Shown: piece after piece, positions 1 to 9,856 of the stretch
Layout of the letters: each line of letters opens with the position of its first letter
Position numbering within the stretch: the stretch's first letter is position 1
Assembly: GCA_050944875.1 (NCBI GenBank)
Contig: JBMNRW010000003.1
Location: 32,260-96,259, forward strand
Reading direction: 5' to 3'
DNA from: Patescibacteria group bacterium
GTDB taxonomy: Bacteria > Patescibacteriota > UBA1384 > JACPKC01
Length of the DNA stretch: 64,000 bases
The notes under the pieces: generated by a model
Database searches by the model: none
Told to the model about the DNA's origin: nothing
What the model saw: the letters and a program-made list of their open reading frames with translations, nothing else
Translations under genes and position numbers: made by a program

Positions 1-1059
1 GTTGGCGGTCAGGTGCTGCCAGGTGGTGATGCCGTCGTTCTTGAGGAAACGCATCAGGCCAGCCGAGCCGATCATCGCGGCGTTGTCGGTGCAGTACGGG
101 AAAGCAGGGATGCGGAGTATTCCGCCGAACTGCTCGGTCGCCCGCCGCCGGAGCTCGTGGTTAGCGGAGACGCCACCGACGATGGCGACGGTTGCAGGGT
201 TGTACTGCTCAACCGCCCGAGCCAGCTTCTGGAGGAGGACGTCGACGATCGCGTCCTCGGTCTCGCGGGCGGCGGCGTTAATCTGCTCGGGGAGCGCGAT
301 ATCGCCGCGGTCGATCGCGTAGCGGACCGCGGTCTTTAGGCCCGAGAAGGAGAAACGGAGGTCGCCGGAGTCGTGCATCGGGCGGGGGAAAGTGATCCCG
401 AGCGCCTCGCCGGCCGCGCGGGCCTGGGCGGCCGCCTTCGAGAGCACTGGGCCGCCTGGGTAGCCGAGTCCTAGGAGGCGGGCGCACTTGTCGAACGCCT
501 CGCCGGCGGCGTCGTCGATCGTCGACCCCAAAACCTCGTAGCGGAAGTGGTCGCGCATGAGGATGAGGCTCGTATGTCCACCCGAGACGGTGAGGAAGAG
601 GACCGGGAGCTCGGGGAGCGTCGCGTCGCCCTCGGGCGGAGCGAGGAAGACGGAGTAGAGGTGTCCCTCCCAGTGGTTCACCGGGACGACGGGCTTGTCG
701 GCTAGGTTGGCGAGCTGGGCGGCGGCGTTGACGCCGATGAGGAGCGGGCCGATGAGCCCGGGACCGACGGTCGGGGTGATGGCGTCGATCTCGGCGAGCG
801 CTTGGCGGACCGGTTCGCCGCTCGCTTCGGGGTCGTCCAGGAGGCCGGCTTCGTGGAGGGCGAGGCCGATGACCGGCACGATCCGCTTCGTGTGCTCCCG
901 GGCGGCAAGGTCGGGGAAGACGCCGCCGAACTCGGCGTGCATGGCCGCCTGGCTCGCGACGACGTTCGAGCGCACCGCCGCAAGACCGGCGCCATCCCCC
1001 TCGATGACCGCGGCAGCGGTCTCGTCGCAGCTGGTCTCGATTGCAAGTACGCGTGGCAT
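1..1059 (-). CDS. tsaD: tRNA N6-adenosine threonylcarbamoyltransferase TsaD (Kae1/Gcp family); C-terminus cut by window edge
   Basis: Reverse-strand translation from ATG at 1059 reads MPRVLAIETSCDETAAAV and contains HWEGH, FDKCARLLGLGYPGGP and CTDNAAMIG motifs. ORF runs off the window start with no stop, so it is absent from the ORF track. Confidence 0.85.
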   Translation of the reverse strand, partial: MPRVLAIETSCDETAAAVIEGDGAGLAAVRSNVVASQAAMHAEFGGVFPDLAAREHTKRIVPVIGLALHEAGLLDDPEASGEPVRQALAEIDAITPTVGPGLIGPLLIGVNAAAQLANLADKPVVPVNHWEGHLYSVFLAPPEGDATLPELPVLFLTVSGGHTSLILMRDHFRYEVLGSTIDDAAGEAFDKCARLLGLGYPGGPVLSKAAAQARAAGEALGITFPRPMHDSGDLRFSFSGLKTAVRYAIDRGDIALPEQINAAARETEDAIVDVLLQKLARAVEQYNPATVAIVGGVSANHELRRRATEQFGGILRIPAFPYCTDNAAMIGSAGLMRFLKNDGITTWQHLTAN

Positions 1060-1108
1060 TAGAGGTGAGTGTACCGCATTCCTCGGTTCAGTGGTACGCT
1101 GAGCGGCA

Positions 1109-2026
1109 ATGGCGAGTTTCCTCCAGTCCAACGCGTGGGAACGGTTCCAGCGCGCTGCCGGTGCGACGACCCATCGGGTTGCTGGCGCGCTCCTCATCGA
1201 GCGCACGACCCCGCTCGGCCGCTACTGGTACTGCCCGCGCCCTTCGCTCGACGAACCGGCACTCCGCACAATCGAGGCCGCGGCGAAGGACGCTGGCGTT
1301 CTCTTCGTCCGCCTTGATCCAGAGACTCCCCTCCCCGCCCCTACCCTGCCGACGGCAGCGACGGCGCACACCGAACCCGGCGACTCACTCGTCCTCTCGC
1401 TCGCGCCCACCACTGACGAGCTCCTCTCGAGCTTCCATGAGAAGACGCGGTACAACATCCGCGTCGCGCTGCGCAACGAACTTGAAGTCGAGGAGTCGAG
1501 TGATCCTGACTCGCGCGCCTTGACCGCGTTCTTGCAGTTTGCCCAGAAGACCGGCGCCCGGCAGGGGTTCCGCTACCACGCCGATCACTACTACCGGACG
1601 ATGCTCGAGGTGCTCGGGCAGCCGAACGACGAAGGTATTACCGCTTCGGCGCTCGTCGCTCATCGAAACAACGACCAGGCCGCCGCGATGATCGTTGTCT
1701 GGACCCCGGAGATCGTCTACTACCTCCACGGCGCATCGTGGTACGAGCGCCGCCAGTGGATGGCGCCACACCTCCTTCAATGGACGGCGATCCAGCGGGC
1801 GAAGGAGCGCGGCGCTTCGGCCTACGACTTTTGGGGGATCGCCCCGATGAACCCCGACCAAACGCCCGTAGACCCCAACCACGCCTGGGCTGGCGTTACC
1901 CGGTTTAAGCTTGGCTTCGGGGGCGAGGTCGTCCACTACCCGGACGCCGTCGACCTCCTCGTGCGACCCGCTCAGTACCACGCGTACGGCGTCGCTCGTC
2001 GTCTCCGTCGCGCCCTCCCGTTCTGA
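1109..2026 (+). CDS. FemAB-family (GNAT-fold) peptidoglycan bridge aminoacyltransferase-like protein
   Basis: 305-aa ORF with FemAB-like C-terminal block (YLHGASWYERRQWMAPHLLQWTAIQRAKERGASAYDFWGI). Divergent from tsaD. TGg-TACGCT box ends 8 nt before the ATG. Confidence 0.55.
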   Translation: MASFLQSNAWERFQRAAGATTHRVAGALLIERTTPLGRYWYCPRPSLDEPALRTIEAAAKDAGVLFVRLDPETPLPAPTLPTAATAHTEPGDSLVLSLAPTTDELLSSFHEKTRYNIRVALRNELEVEESSDPDSRALTAFLQFAQKTGARQGFRYHADHYYRTMLEVLGQPNDEGITASALVAHRNNDQAAAMIVVWTPEIVYYLHGASWYERRQWMAPHLLQWTAIQRAKERGASAYDFWGIAPMNPDQTPVDPNHAWAGVTRFKLGFGGEVVHYPDAVDLLVRPAQYHAYGVARRLRRALPF

Positions 2027-2111
2027 GCGTTTTCGTCCACAGTCCGGCTCGCTTTTCGCGTACGCGGGCAGCGTGTACGATGAGTGAGATGCAGGAGTGT
2101 AGGTGAATTCG

Positions 2112-2681
2112 ATGACGGCCTCAGTAATCACCGCGCAGGCAGAGTGGCACGCGCTGCCGGTATTCCGGCGGCTCATGCTTTACGGCGTCGGTGCAGTTAT
2201 GTCGGTCGGTATTCTCTTTTGGGGGCGTGTCGAAGCGTCGTCGGTTGCAGTCGCCAGCATTGACCATGGCGCCGCGCTCGCACAGCACGAACGGCTCGTT
2301 GCGTACGCAGTCAGCGCTGAGACGACGGCCCGCGACCTCGCAACAAAGGGGCTCGAGCAGATTGAGGGACAGCAGACCGAGCTCGGGGCGATCTTCCTGG
2401 AAGCAGCTGGCACGAAGGACCCGAAGTACCGGGATGCGAACGTCTACGCCGGCTACGCGGAGCTCGCGCTCGCGGACACCCTCTGGGATGTCGACCCGAC
2501 AACGGCCGAAGCCCGGACGAAGCGCGCGGTGCGGTTCCTCGAGGTCGCTCGCCAGGCCGATCCCATCCACGCGTACACCTTTGAACTCCTCGCGGTCGGG
2601 TACGAGAACCTTGGCCAGGCGACGTTGGCGGCTGACGCCCGCGTGAAGGCCGAGAAGTTCAAGGTTGCGAGCGAATCCTAA
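2112..2681 (+). CDS. hypothetical membrane-anchored protein
   Basis: ORF 2103..2681. ATG at 2112 is preceded by AGGTG. One N-terminal hydrophobic segment (LMLYGVGAVMSVGILFWG). High GC3. No recognisable domain. Confidence 0.45.
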   Translation: MTASVITAQAEWHALPVFRRLMLYGVGAVMSVGILFWGRVEASSVAVASIDHGAALAQHERLVAYAVSAETTARDLATKGLEQIEGQQTELGAIFLEAAGTKDPKYRDANVYAGYAELALADTLWDVDPTTAEARTKRAVRFLEVARQADPIHAYTFELLAVGYENLGQATLAADARVKAEKFKVASES

Positions 2682-2720
2682 CCTGTTTACTCCTGTTGGC
2701 TCCTCCGGTATGCTTGCGCT

Positions 2721-4916
2721 ATGACTGACTCGACCCGAGAGCTGCCGAAGCAGTACGCGCCTAGCGACCACGAGGCGAAGCTCTACGACGCCTGGGAGGC
2801 GGCCGGGGTCTTTAAGCCCAAAACGCCAGCGGACGGCGAGACGACGTTCTCGGTATTGATGCCGCTCCCGAACGCGAACGGCTCGCTGCACGTCGGCCAC
2901 GCCGTCGGGACGACGCTCCAGGATCTCATGACCCGCTACCACCGCATGCGCGGCGAGGCGGCGGTCTGGTTCCCAGGGCTCGACCATGCCGGCTTCGAGA
3001 CGCAGGTGGTCTTCGAGAAGTACCTCGAGAAGCAGGGCTCAAGCCGGTTCCAGATGGAGCGGCAAGCGTTCTACGACGCGACCCACGCCTTCGTCGAGGA
3101 ACACAAGGGGAATATCCTTCAGGGGTTCCGTCGCTTGGGTGCGTCGGCCGACTGGGACCGCCTGTTCTACACGCTCGATTCCGACATCGTTACCCAGGTG
3201 TACGACACGTTCGTTGCGCTGCACGAGGACGGGCTCGTCTACCGCGCTTCGCGTCCGGTTCACTGGTGCGTCAAGCACCAGACGACGCTCTCGGACCTCG
3301 AGACGAAGGACGACGAGCGCACCGAGCCCTTGTACTACCTGAAGTACGGCCCGCTCGTCGTAGCGACTGGCCGGCCGGAAACCATCTTCGCTGACGTTGC
3401 GGTCGCCGTGCATCCCGAGGACGAGCGCTACCAGCACCTCGTCGGCACGGAGATCGAAGTAGACTTCGGTATTGAGACCCGGGCAATCAAAGTCGTCGCT
3501 GACGAGATGGTCGACCCAGCTTTCGGGACGGGGGCGGTGAAGATTACGCCACAACACGACGCGAACGACTTCGCGGTAGCCGAGCGCCACGGCCTCCCGA
3601 TGGACCGGCTCGCAATCGATGCGTTCGGGAAGCTCACTGAGCTCGCCGGCGAGTTCCAGGGGCTCAAGGTTGACGAGGGTCGCAAAGCGGTTGCCGAGAA
3701 GCTCGCGAAGAAGGGGCTTATCGACCGAATTGACGAGGGGTACCGGCACGCGGTCAAGGTGTGCTACAAGTGCGCGCGCACAATCGAGCCGCGCGTCTTA
3801 CCGCAGTGGTTCGTCGCGATGACGAAGACCGGCGCGAAGACCGGGAAGAACCTCGCAGGAGACGCTATCAAGGCGGTCGAGGACGGCCGGACCAAGTTCG
3901 TCACCGAGCGCTTCCGGAAGACCTTCGACCACTGGATGGGCAACATCCGCGACTGGAACGTCTCGCGCCAGATCGTCTGGGGAATCCAGCTCCCGGTCTG
4001 GTACTGCGCGGCCGAGGGGAGCAGCTGCCCGCCGATCATCCAGAACCCACTCACGGCCGGCGAGCCAACTCACTGCCCGCACTGTCACGCCGAGGTAACA
4101 CGAGACACCGACGTCTTCGACACCTGGTTCTCGTCCGGGCAGACGCCGGTCGCTGTCACGCGGCGCGAACGCTTCGCAGGCGACGCTCAGCGCTTCTACC
4201 CGACTGCGGTCATGGAGACCGGCTGGGATATCATCTTCTTCTGGGTGGCGCGGATGCTCATGTTCGGGCTTTACCTCACTGACGAGGTGCCGTTCCGCGA
4301 CGTCTACCTCCACGGCATGGTCCGCGACGCCGACCGGAAGAAGATGAGCAAGTCAAAGGGGAACGTCATCGACCCGCTTGCCGTCATCGATGCGTACGGA
4401 ACGGACGCGTTGCGGATGGCGCTCGTCTTCGGCACGGCTGCTGGCAACGACATGCCGATGGGCGACGACAAGATTCGCGGCATGCGGAACTTCGCGAACA
4501 AGCTCTGGAACATTGCCCGGTTCGTCCAGCTCCAGCTCGGAGATGGAGTGATCGAGGAGCCGACGCCGACAACCGACGCTGACCGCGCTATCCTCGCAAA
4601 GCTCGACACTGCGGTGGCTGACGTAACGCGCCACATCGACGCGTACCGCTTCCACGAGGCTGCCCAGGCCGCGTACCAGTTCGTTTGGAGTGAGCTCGCC
4701 GATGTGTACGTTGAAGCCGCCAAAGGACAACTCGCTGACGAGGCGACGGCTGCCACGACCCGCGCCATCCTCCTTCACGCGCTCACAACGTCATTGAAGC
4801 TCCTTCATCCGATCATGCCGTTCGTCACCGAGGCGATCTGGCAGTCGCTCCCCGAATCTGTGAAAGATGCGCAGTTTATTGCGACCGCGAGCTGGCCGAA
4901 AGCGGAGGCGAAGTGA
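2721..4916 (+). CDS. valS: valine--tRNA ligase (class I aaRS), short form
   Basis: HIGH-type motif PNANGSLHVGHA, KMSKSKGNVIDP, FPGLDHAGFETQ and DTWFSSGQTP blocks typical of ValRS. 731 aa. Confidence 0.8.
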   Translation: MTDSTRELPKQYAPSDHEAKLYDAWEAAGVFKPKTPADGETTFSVLMPLPNANGSLHVGHAVGTTLQDLMTRYHRMRGEAAVWFPGLDHAGFETQVVFEKYLEKQGSSRFQMERQAFYDATHAFVEEHKGNILQGFRRLGASADWDRLFYTLDSDIVTQVYDTFVALHEDGLVYRASRPVHWCVKHQTTLSDLETKDDERTEPLYYLKYGPLVVATGRPETIFADVAVAVHPEDERYQHLVGTEIEVDFGIETRAIKVVADEMVDPAFGTGAVKITPQHDANDFAVAERHGLPMDRLAIDAFGKLTELAGEFQGLKVDEGRKAVAEKLAKKGLIDRIDEGYRHAVKVCYKCARTIEPRVLPQWFVAMTKTGAKTGKNLAGDAIKAVEDGRTKFVTERFRKTFDHWMGNIRDWNVSRQIVWGIQLPVWYCAAEGSSCPPIIQNPLTAGEPTHCPHCHAEVTRDTDVFDTWFSSGQTPVAVTRRERFAGDAQRFYPTAVMETGWDIIFFWVARMLMFGLYLTDEVPFRDVYLHGMVRDADRKKMSKSKGNVIDPLAVIDAYGTDALRMALVFGTAAGNDMPMGDDKIRGMRNFANKLWNIARFVQLQLGDGVIEEPTPTTDADRAILAKLDTAVADVTRHIDAYRFHEAAQAAYQFVWSELADVYVEAAKGQLADEATAATTRAILLHALTTSLKLLHPIMPFVTEAIWQSLPESVKDAQFIATASWPKAEAK

Positions 4917-5857
4917 GCGAAGTCCAGGAGATCGAGAAGACGCTCGTTCTTCTGGACGCGCACGCCTTAATCCATCGCTCGTACCACGCGATCCCGCGCC
5001 TGACGCACCGTGGCATGCAATTGAACGCCGTGTACGGGTTTGCGGCGACACTCCTCCACATCGTCCGCACGCTCGACCCCGAGTACCTCGCCGTCTGCTT
5101 TGACGAGAAGGGGCCGACGTTCCGCGACGCCGACTACGCTGAGTACAAGGCGCACCGGCCGCCGACACCCGATGAACTCAAGAGTCAGTTCCCGCTTTGT
5201 CGCCAGCTCGTCGATGAGTTCGGGATCCCCTTGTTTGCGCTCGCCGGCTACGAGGCGGACGACCTCATCGGCACGCTTGCCGAGCAGGCGAAAACGCTGG
5301 GGACGCCGACACTTATCGTGACCGGCGACCACGACTCGTACCAGCTCGTTGACGACTACGTGAAGATCTACAACGTGAGCCGTGGCATCCAGAAGGCGGA
5401 GATCGTCGACGCGGACAGTGTTCGGGCGCGCTACGGGTTCGGGCCCGAGCACATCGTCGACTATAAGGCGCTCCGCGGCGATACGAGCGATAATATCCCG
5501 GGCGTGCCGGGGATTGGCGAGGTGACGGCGAAGAAGTTGATCACCCAATTTGGTACGGTCGAGGCGCTCTACGAGGCGCTGGAAATCGACTTCGAGACGC
5601 CAGTTGCTGGTGTGCCGGAGAAGCTCCGGGTAAAGCTCTTAGAACATATGGACAAAGCGTTCCTCTCGAAGAAGCTCGCGACGATCGAGCGCCACGCGCC
5701 GATCAGCCTTGATCTCGCTGCCTGCCGCATCAAAGCGTACAACGAGGACGGCGCCCGCGCACTCTTCAAGGAGTGGAACTTCCGCTCGCTCGCGGTGAAG
5801 CTCCCAACCGCCGAACCCACCCTTATCGACGACAGCCAGCAGGCGATGTTCTCATGA
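4913..5857 (+). CDS. standalone 5'-3' exonuclease / FEN-like protein (Pol I N-terminal domain homologue)
   Basis: 314 aa. LLDAHALIHRSYHA, GYEADDLIGTLA, TGDHDSYQL and H3TH-like GIPGVPGIGEVTAKKL motifs. Start ATGA overlaps the valS stop. Confidence 0.85.
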   Translation: MSEVQEIEKTLVLLDAHALIHRSYHAIPRLTHRGMQLNAVYGFAATLLHIVRTLDPEYLAVCFDEKGPTFRDADYAEYKAHRPPTPDELKSQFPLCRQLVDEFGIPLFALAGYEADDLIGTLAEQAKTLGTPTLIVTGDHDSYQLVDDYVKIYNVSRGIQKAEIVDADSVRARYGFGPEHIVDYKALRGDTSDNIPGVPGIGEVTAKKLITQFGTVEALYEALEIDFETPVAGVPEKLRVKLLEHMDKAFLSKKLATIERHAPISLDLAACRIKAYNEDGARALFKEWNFRSLAVKLPTAEPTLIDDSQQAMFS

Positions 5858-6435
5858 AGCAATATGTATTCATCACTGGTGTCGCTGGATCTGGAAAGTC
5901 AACCGTAAGCAAGGTACTGCGCGCCCGCGGGTACGCGGCGTACGATATTGAGCAGATTGACGGTCTGTTCGCCATGTACAACACCCAGACGGGCGAACGC
6001 ATTATCGCGCACGACAACGACAGTATTGAAGGCGTGCAGCAGGCGTCGTGGAATTGTGACCTTGAGAAGCTTCAGGAGCTCATGGCGCGAGAGGAGCATG
6101 ACATTTCATTCTACTGTGGGACGGCGACGAACTGGCAGCAACTCCTCCCGCTCTTCACAAAAACAATCCTACTGGTTGTCAGTGAAGACGTGACACGTGA
6201 ACGCCTGACAACAAGGACAACGGGTGAGTTTGGGCGGACAGCAGAAGTCCAGGACTGGGTGCTGAGCTGGAAAGCGTGGTGGGAGCGTGAGATGGAACAG
6301 GCTGGTGCAGAAGTTGTTTGTACTGATCAGCCACTCGAGCAAGTGGTTGCTGAGATTCTTTCCCGATCAGAATTCCCAGAAGGACGAGAAGCACGTCGCG
6401 AGCAATTCGGCGAACACAATTCGCCGCTAAGCTAG
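5854..6435 (+). CDS. P-loop NTPase / nucleotide-kinase-like protein (AAA_18/shikimate-kinase-like fold)
   Basis: ATG at 5854 overlaps the exo stop (ATGA). Walker A motif FITGVAGSGKSTV. 193 aa. Codons are visibly less GC-rich than the flanking genes. Confidence 0.55.
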   Translation: MKQYVFITGVAGSGKSTVSKVLRARGYAAYDIEQIDGLFAMYNTQTGERIIAHDNDSIEGVQQASWNCDLEKLQELMAREEHDISFYCGTATNWQQLLPLFTKTILLVVSEDVTRERLTTRTTGEFGRTAEVQDWVLSWKAWWEREMEQAGAEVVCTDQPLEQVVAEILSRSEFPEGREARREQFGEHNSPLS

Positions 6436-6443
6436 GTGTTAAC

Positions 6444-7643
6444 ATGGCATTCCCCTCAATTGAAGAGCTTGACACCCAGCTCGCGCCGGTTCTCCGGAGG
6501 ATGGAGGCGCGCGGCATCTGCCTCGACGTCGCGTACCTCGAGACACTGGCCGGTGAGCTCAAGGCGGAGATCGACACGCTCCAGGCGTCGATCTGGCGGG
6601 AGGCCGGCCACGAGTTCACGATTGATTCGCCCCGACAGCTCGCTGCGGTCATCTACGACGAGCTCGGTCTCGCGCCCGAAGTCATGTTCATCCGGAAGAA
6701 CAAGTCCGGCAAGTCAACAGCAGCGAGCGAGCTGTCCAAACTGGTGGACACGCACCCGATCATCCAGCTTGTCCTCGACTACCGTGAGAAGACGAAGCTC
6801 CTCAGAACCTACGTTGAGCCGCTCCCGAAGCTCGTCGGCGAGGACGGCCGCGTCCACACGACGTACCGCACCGACACCGCCTCCGGCCGCCTCTCGAGCA
6901 AGGATCCCAATCTCCAGAACATCCCGGTCCGCACGGAGGAGGGGAAGAAGATCCGCCGCGCCTTCGTCGCCGCGCCCGGGACGGAGCTCCTCGCCGTCGA
7001 CTACTCACAGATCGAGCTTCGGATCGCGGCGCACCTCTCTGGTGATGCGAACCTCATCGCTGCGTTCCAGGACGGTGACGACATCCACGCGGCGACCGCC
7101 GAGCAGATGGGCGTCGACCGCCGGGTCGCCAAGGCGATCAACTTCGGCGTGCTCTTCGGTCAGGGCGCGTTCGGCTTGTCGGAGGCGCTCCACGTCACAC
7201 AGGAAGAGGCGCGCGCGTTCATCGACCAGTACTTCGCAACGTACAGCCGCCTCCACGCGTGGATTAGCGAGGCGCAGGGGCTCGCGCGCGAGCGCGGGTA
7301 TGCCGAGACCATGCTCGGCCGCAAACGCTTCTTAGGCGAGCTTAGGGGCCGAAACGCGGCCTTGCGCGCGTTCGCCGAGCGCGTCGCCGTCAACCACCCG
7401 ATCCAGGGGACCGAAGCCGAGATCATCTCGCTCGCCATGCTCGAATTAGATGAGAAGCTTTCTGATGACGAGGCGCGGATGCTCCTCCAGGTCCACGACG
7501 AGCTCATTTTCGAGGTCCCGGCTGGCACGGCGGCGGCAATCGCGCCGGAGATTCAGCAGATCATGACCGACGCCGTCGCACTCGATGTGCCGGTGGTCAC
7601 GGAAGCGAAATTTGGCCCAAACTGGGCGGAGCTCAAACATTGA
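6444..7643 (+). CDS. polA: DNA polymerase I polymerase domain only (family A), no exonuclease domains
   Basis: 399 aa. Motif A-like LLAVDYSQIELRIAAHLS, motif B-like RRVAKAINFGVLFGQ, motif C-like QVHDELIFE. Begins at the start of the pol domain (SIEELDTQLAPVLRRME). AGGTG 5 nt upstream. Confidence 0.85.
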   Translation: MAFPSIEELDTQLAPVLRRMEARGICLDVAYLETLAGELKAEIDTLQASIWREAGHEFTIDSPRQLAAVIYDELGLAPEVMFIRKNKSGKSTAASELSKLVDTHPIIQLVLDYREKTKLLRTYVEPLPKLVGEDGRVHTTYRTDTASGRLSSKDPNLQNIPVRTEEGKKIRRAFVAAPGTELLAVDYSQIELRIAAHLSGDANLIAAFQDGDDIHAATAEQMGVDRRVAKAINFGVLFGQGAFGLSEALHVTQEEARAFIDQYFATYSRLHAWISEAQGLARERGYAETMLGRKRFLGELRGRNAALRAFAERVAVNHPIQGTEAEIISLAMLELDEKLSDDEARMLLQVHDELIFEVPAGTAAAIAPEIQQIMTDAVALDVPVVTEAKFGPNWAELKH

Positions 7644-7675
7644 GCGTCTAGTCCGGAAGTAACCAAAGATTAGTC

Positions 7676-7700
7676 ACTGGAATATTCCAGTTCTTTCTGG
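7676..7700 (+). terminator. perfect 16-nt palindrome ACTGGAATATTCCAGT followed by TCTTTCT; probable polA terminator or operator
   Basis: Seen directly at 7676..7691 with a T-rich tail, 33 nt after the polA stop. Confidence 0.35.
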
Positions 7701-7755
7701 TACTGTGCGCGCACAACTCACAGAGTTGATCTTTTACAGAAGGGTGGTGAGGAGG

Positions 7756-8100
7756 ATGAGGCATCGATTTGGAGATGTCTACGAGCAAATCTCAGACGAG
7801 AAGCTGCTTGAGTGGTATGTCGGCGCTGGTCAACGACTGCTCCGGCGACTGAACGGTGGCGAAGACTTGACCCTAGCGATCGTCGAGGAGCTCGATGGAC
7901 ATCTCAAGAGCCTTGAAATCTTTGAAGAGGTGTATTCCCGACGTGGATTCAAGCCGCTCGCAATTCAGGAGTTCTCGCTCGAGGGATGGGAGCTCAGTGA
8001 GCGGCTCAAGCAGCGTCGCGCTCACGGCGAACTAGCACAGCTGGTCGCCGCGAACACCAACCTGGCGGAGCTCATCGCAAGCCGCCAGAAGTCTGCCTAA
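7756..8100 (+). CDS. hypothetical protein
   Basis: ORF 7705..8100. ATG at 7756 is preceded by GGTGAGGAGG. 114 aa. Moderately lower GC. No recognisable motif. Confidence 0.4.
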   Translation: MRHRFGDVYEQISDEKLLEWYVGAGQRLLRRLNGGEDLTLAIVEELDGHLKSLEIFEEVYSRRGFKPLAIQEFSLEGWELSERLKQRRAHGELAQLVAANTNLAELIASRQKSA

Positions 8101-8106
8101 CCCCTG

Positions 8107-8142
8107 CCCCGCCGGCGCCACAAGCGTCCGGCGGGGTTTTTC
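8107..8142. terminator. rho-independent terminator between convergent genes
   Basis: CCCCGCCGG / CCGGCGGGG stem followed by TTTTTC. Lies between the stop of the 7756..8100 ORF and the murB stop. Confidence 0.6.
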
Positions 8143-8143
8143 G

Positions 8144-9061
8144 TTACAGGACGAGGATCTCTTCCTCGAGCGCGACGCCGGCTTGGCGTTGCACTTCGTG
8201 CTTCACGTGCTCGATGACGGCGCGAACGTCGGCCGCGGTCGCGTGGCCGAGGTTCACCACGTAGTTCGCATGCTTCTCGGATACCTGAGCATCACCGACA
8301 CGGTAGCCTTTAAGGCCGAGCGCACAGATGATGACGGCGACCGGGAGGACGGGGAACGGGTCGTTTTTCACCTTGTGCTCCCAGGTCTTGAGGAACTCGG
8401 CTGGTACCTGCTCGACCGGAACGTTCTTGAACGTCGAGCCCGCGTTCCCGTACTCCATGGGGTGGCGTTCGCGCCGAAACGCCCGGTGGCTCTCGGCGAT
8501 CGCCATGAGCTCAGCCCGGTCGCCGGGCTTGAGTGCGAACGAGGCCTCGACGATGACGTCTCGGTTGTGCTTGAACGCGCTCTCGCGGTATCCGAACCGG
8601 CAGTCGTCACGGGTGTATTCTTTGAGTTCGCCGTCCGGCGTTACGGCGAGCGCGCGCGTGAGCGTATCCTTTATCTCCCCGCCGAACGCGCCGGCGTTCC
8701 CGCGGACCGCGCCGCCGACTGACCCCGGCAACCCGCCCGCCCACTCGAGGCCTTGGAGGTCGTGCGCGATCGCCATCTCGACGAGCTCGTGCATCGTTGC
8801 GCCGGCGCCGGCCGTCGCTGTGGCATTATGGATGGTTATCCCTCCGACTTCGATCCGGAGGACGAATTTGTCGATTCCCTCGTCCGGGACGAGCATGTTC
8901 GTCCCGCCGGCGAGGACGAGGAGCTCGGCGTTGCGCTCGCGGGCGGCCTGGATACCGTCGCGAACCTCGTCGACGGACTGCGCTTCGGCGAAGTAGCGGG
9001 CTGGCCCGCCAATCTTGTAGTTCGTGTAGCTCGCGAGAGGGGTATGTTCTTGGATCGTCAT
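8144..9061 (-). CDS. murB: UDP-N-acetylenolpyruvoylglucosamine reductase
   Basis: MTIQEHTPLASYTNYKIGGPARYF start at 9061. FAD-binding GGTNMLV and GGLPGSVGGAVRGNAGAFGGE motifs. The longer upstream ORF extension lacks coding character. Confidence 0.8.
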   Translation of the reverse strand: MTIQEHTPLASYTNYKIGGPARYFAEAQSVDEVRDGIQAARERNAELLVLAGGTNMLVPDEGIDKFVLRIEVGGITIHNATATAGAGATMHELVEMAIAHDLQGLEWAGGLPGSVGGAVRGNAGAFGGEIKDTLTRALAVTPDGELKEYTRDDCRFGYRESAFKHNRDVIVEASFALKPGDRAELMAIAESHRAFRRERHPMEYGNAGSTFKNVPVEQVPAEFLKTWEHKVKNDPFPVLPVAVIICALGLKGYRVGDAQVSEKHANYVVNLGHATAADVRAVIEHVKHEVQRQAGVALEEEILVL

Positions 9062-9163
9062 GTCCGAAGCATAGCAAGCTGGCCTCACTCCTTGCCAACT
9101 GTCGGTCCTTCCGCTACACTGCCGCCGCACCTTTAGGTGACGCAGGCGGAGGAGGGAACATGT

Positions 9164-9850
9164 ATGCTGCACTACCAGCTGGCACTCCAGTCGGAATCAT
9201 TTTGGGCGGCGGTAGCGGACAGCCAGCGGACCGTGCTCCAGTTCGGACGGCTGACTGACATCGTCCTCGAGCAGCTCGCCGGGCTCGAAGCGCAGGAGAG
9301 CTACGAGCGGGAGATTGTGTACCCGTTCGACGCGCTCGCGATCGTGCTGCACGGTGAGCGTCCGGACGCTGCAGAGTGGGTCGAACGGGCGAGTGCCGAG
9401 GGCGTGAACCGTCTGGAGTTCGGACTCCGGGCGTACGGGCTCCATGAGCCGCTCAGGCGCGGGTTGCCGCTGTACGTCCTCGCGCGGCCGTTCCAGTGGG
9501 AGTGGGTACTCCGTGAGCTGTCGGCCGAAGGCATTGACCACCACAACCTGTTTCGGGTCGAGAAGGGAGCCGAAGAGCACCTTCGTGGCCACCTGGACCG
9601 GCTGATGGGGCAGTTCGTCCGCGACAAGGTGCAGCGTCCGGTCATCGTCGTCTCGGACCTGCAGTACTTCCGGGCCACCAACCTGATGCACGGCTGCTTC
9701 GCCGCTCTGTGCCGGGAGCACGGTATCCAGCCCCGCTTCCTCCTCGCGCCGTGGGCGACGGCGGGGCACGCGACCGAGTCGGTGCTCCACGCCGAGGCGG
9801 CGAAGCTCGCCCTCGATCTCGAGCGCGGCCTCGGCCGCTGGCCGGACTGA
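9164..9850 (+). CDS. hypothetical protein
   Basis: ORF 9137..9850. ATG at 9164 lies 7 nt after GGAGGAGGG. High GC3. No recognisable domain. Confidence 0.45.
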   Translation: MLHYQLALQSESFWAAVADSQRTVLQFGRLTDIVLEQLAGLEAQESYEREIVYPFDALAIVLHGERPDAAEWVERASAEGVNRLEFGLRAYGLHEPLRRGLPLYVLARPFQWEWVLRELSAEGIDHHNLFRVEKGAEEHLRGHLDRLMGQFVRDKVQRPVIVVSDLQYFRATNLMHGCFAALCREHGIQPRFLLAPWATAGHATESVLHAEAAKLALDLERGLGRWPD

Positions 9851-9856
9851 GCGCCC

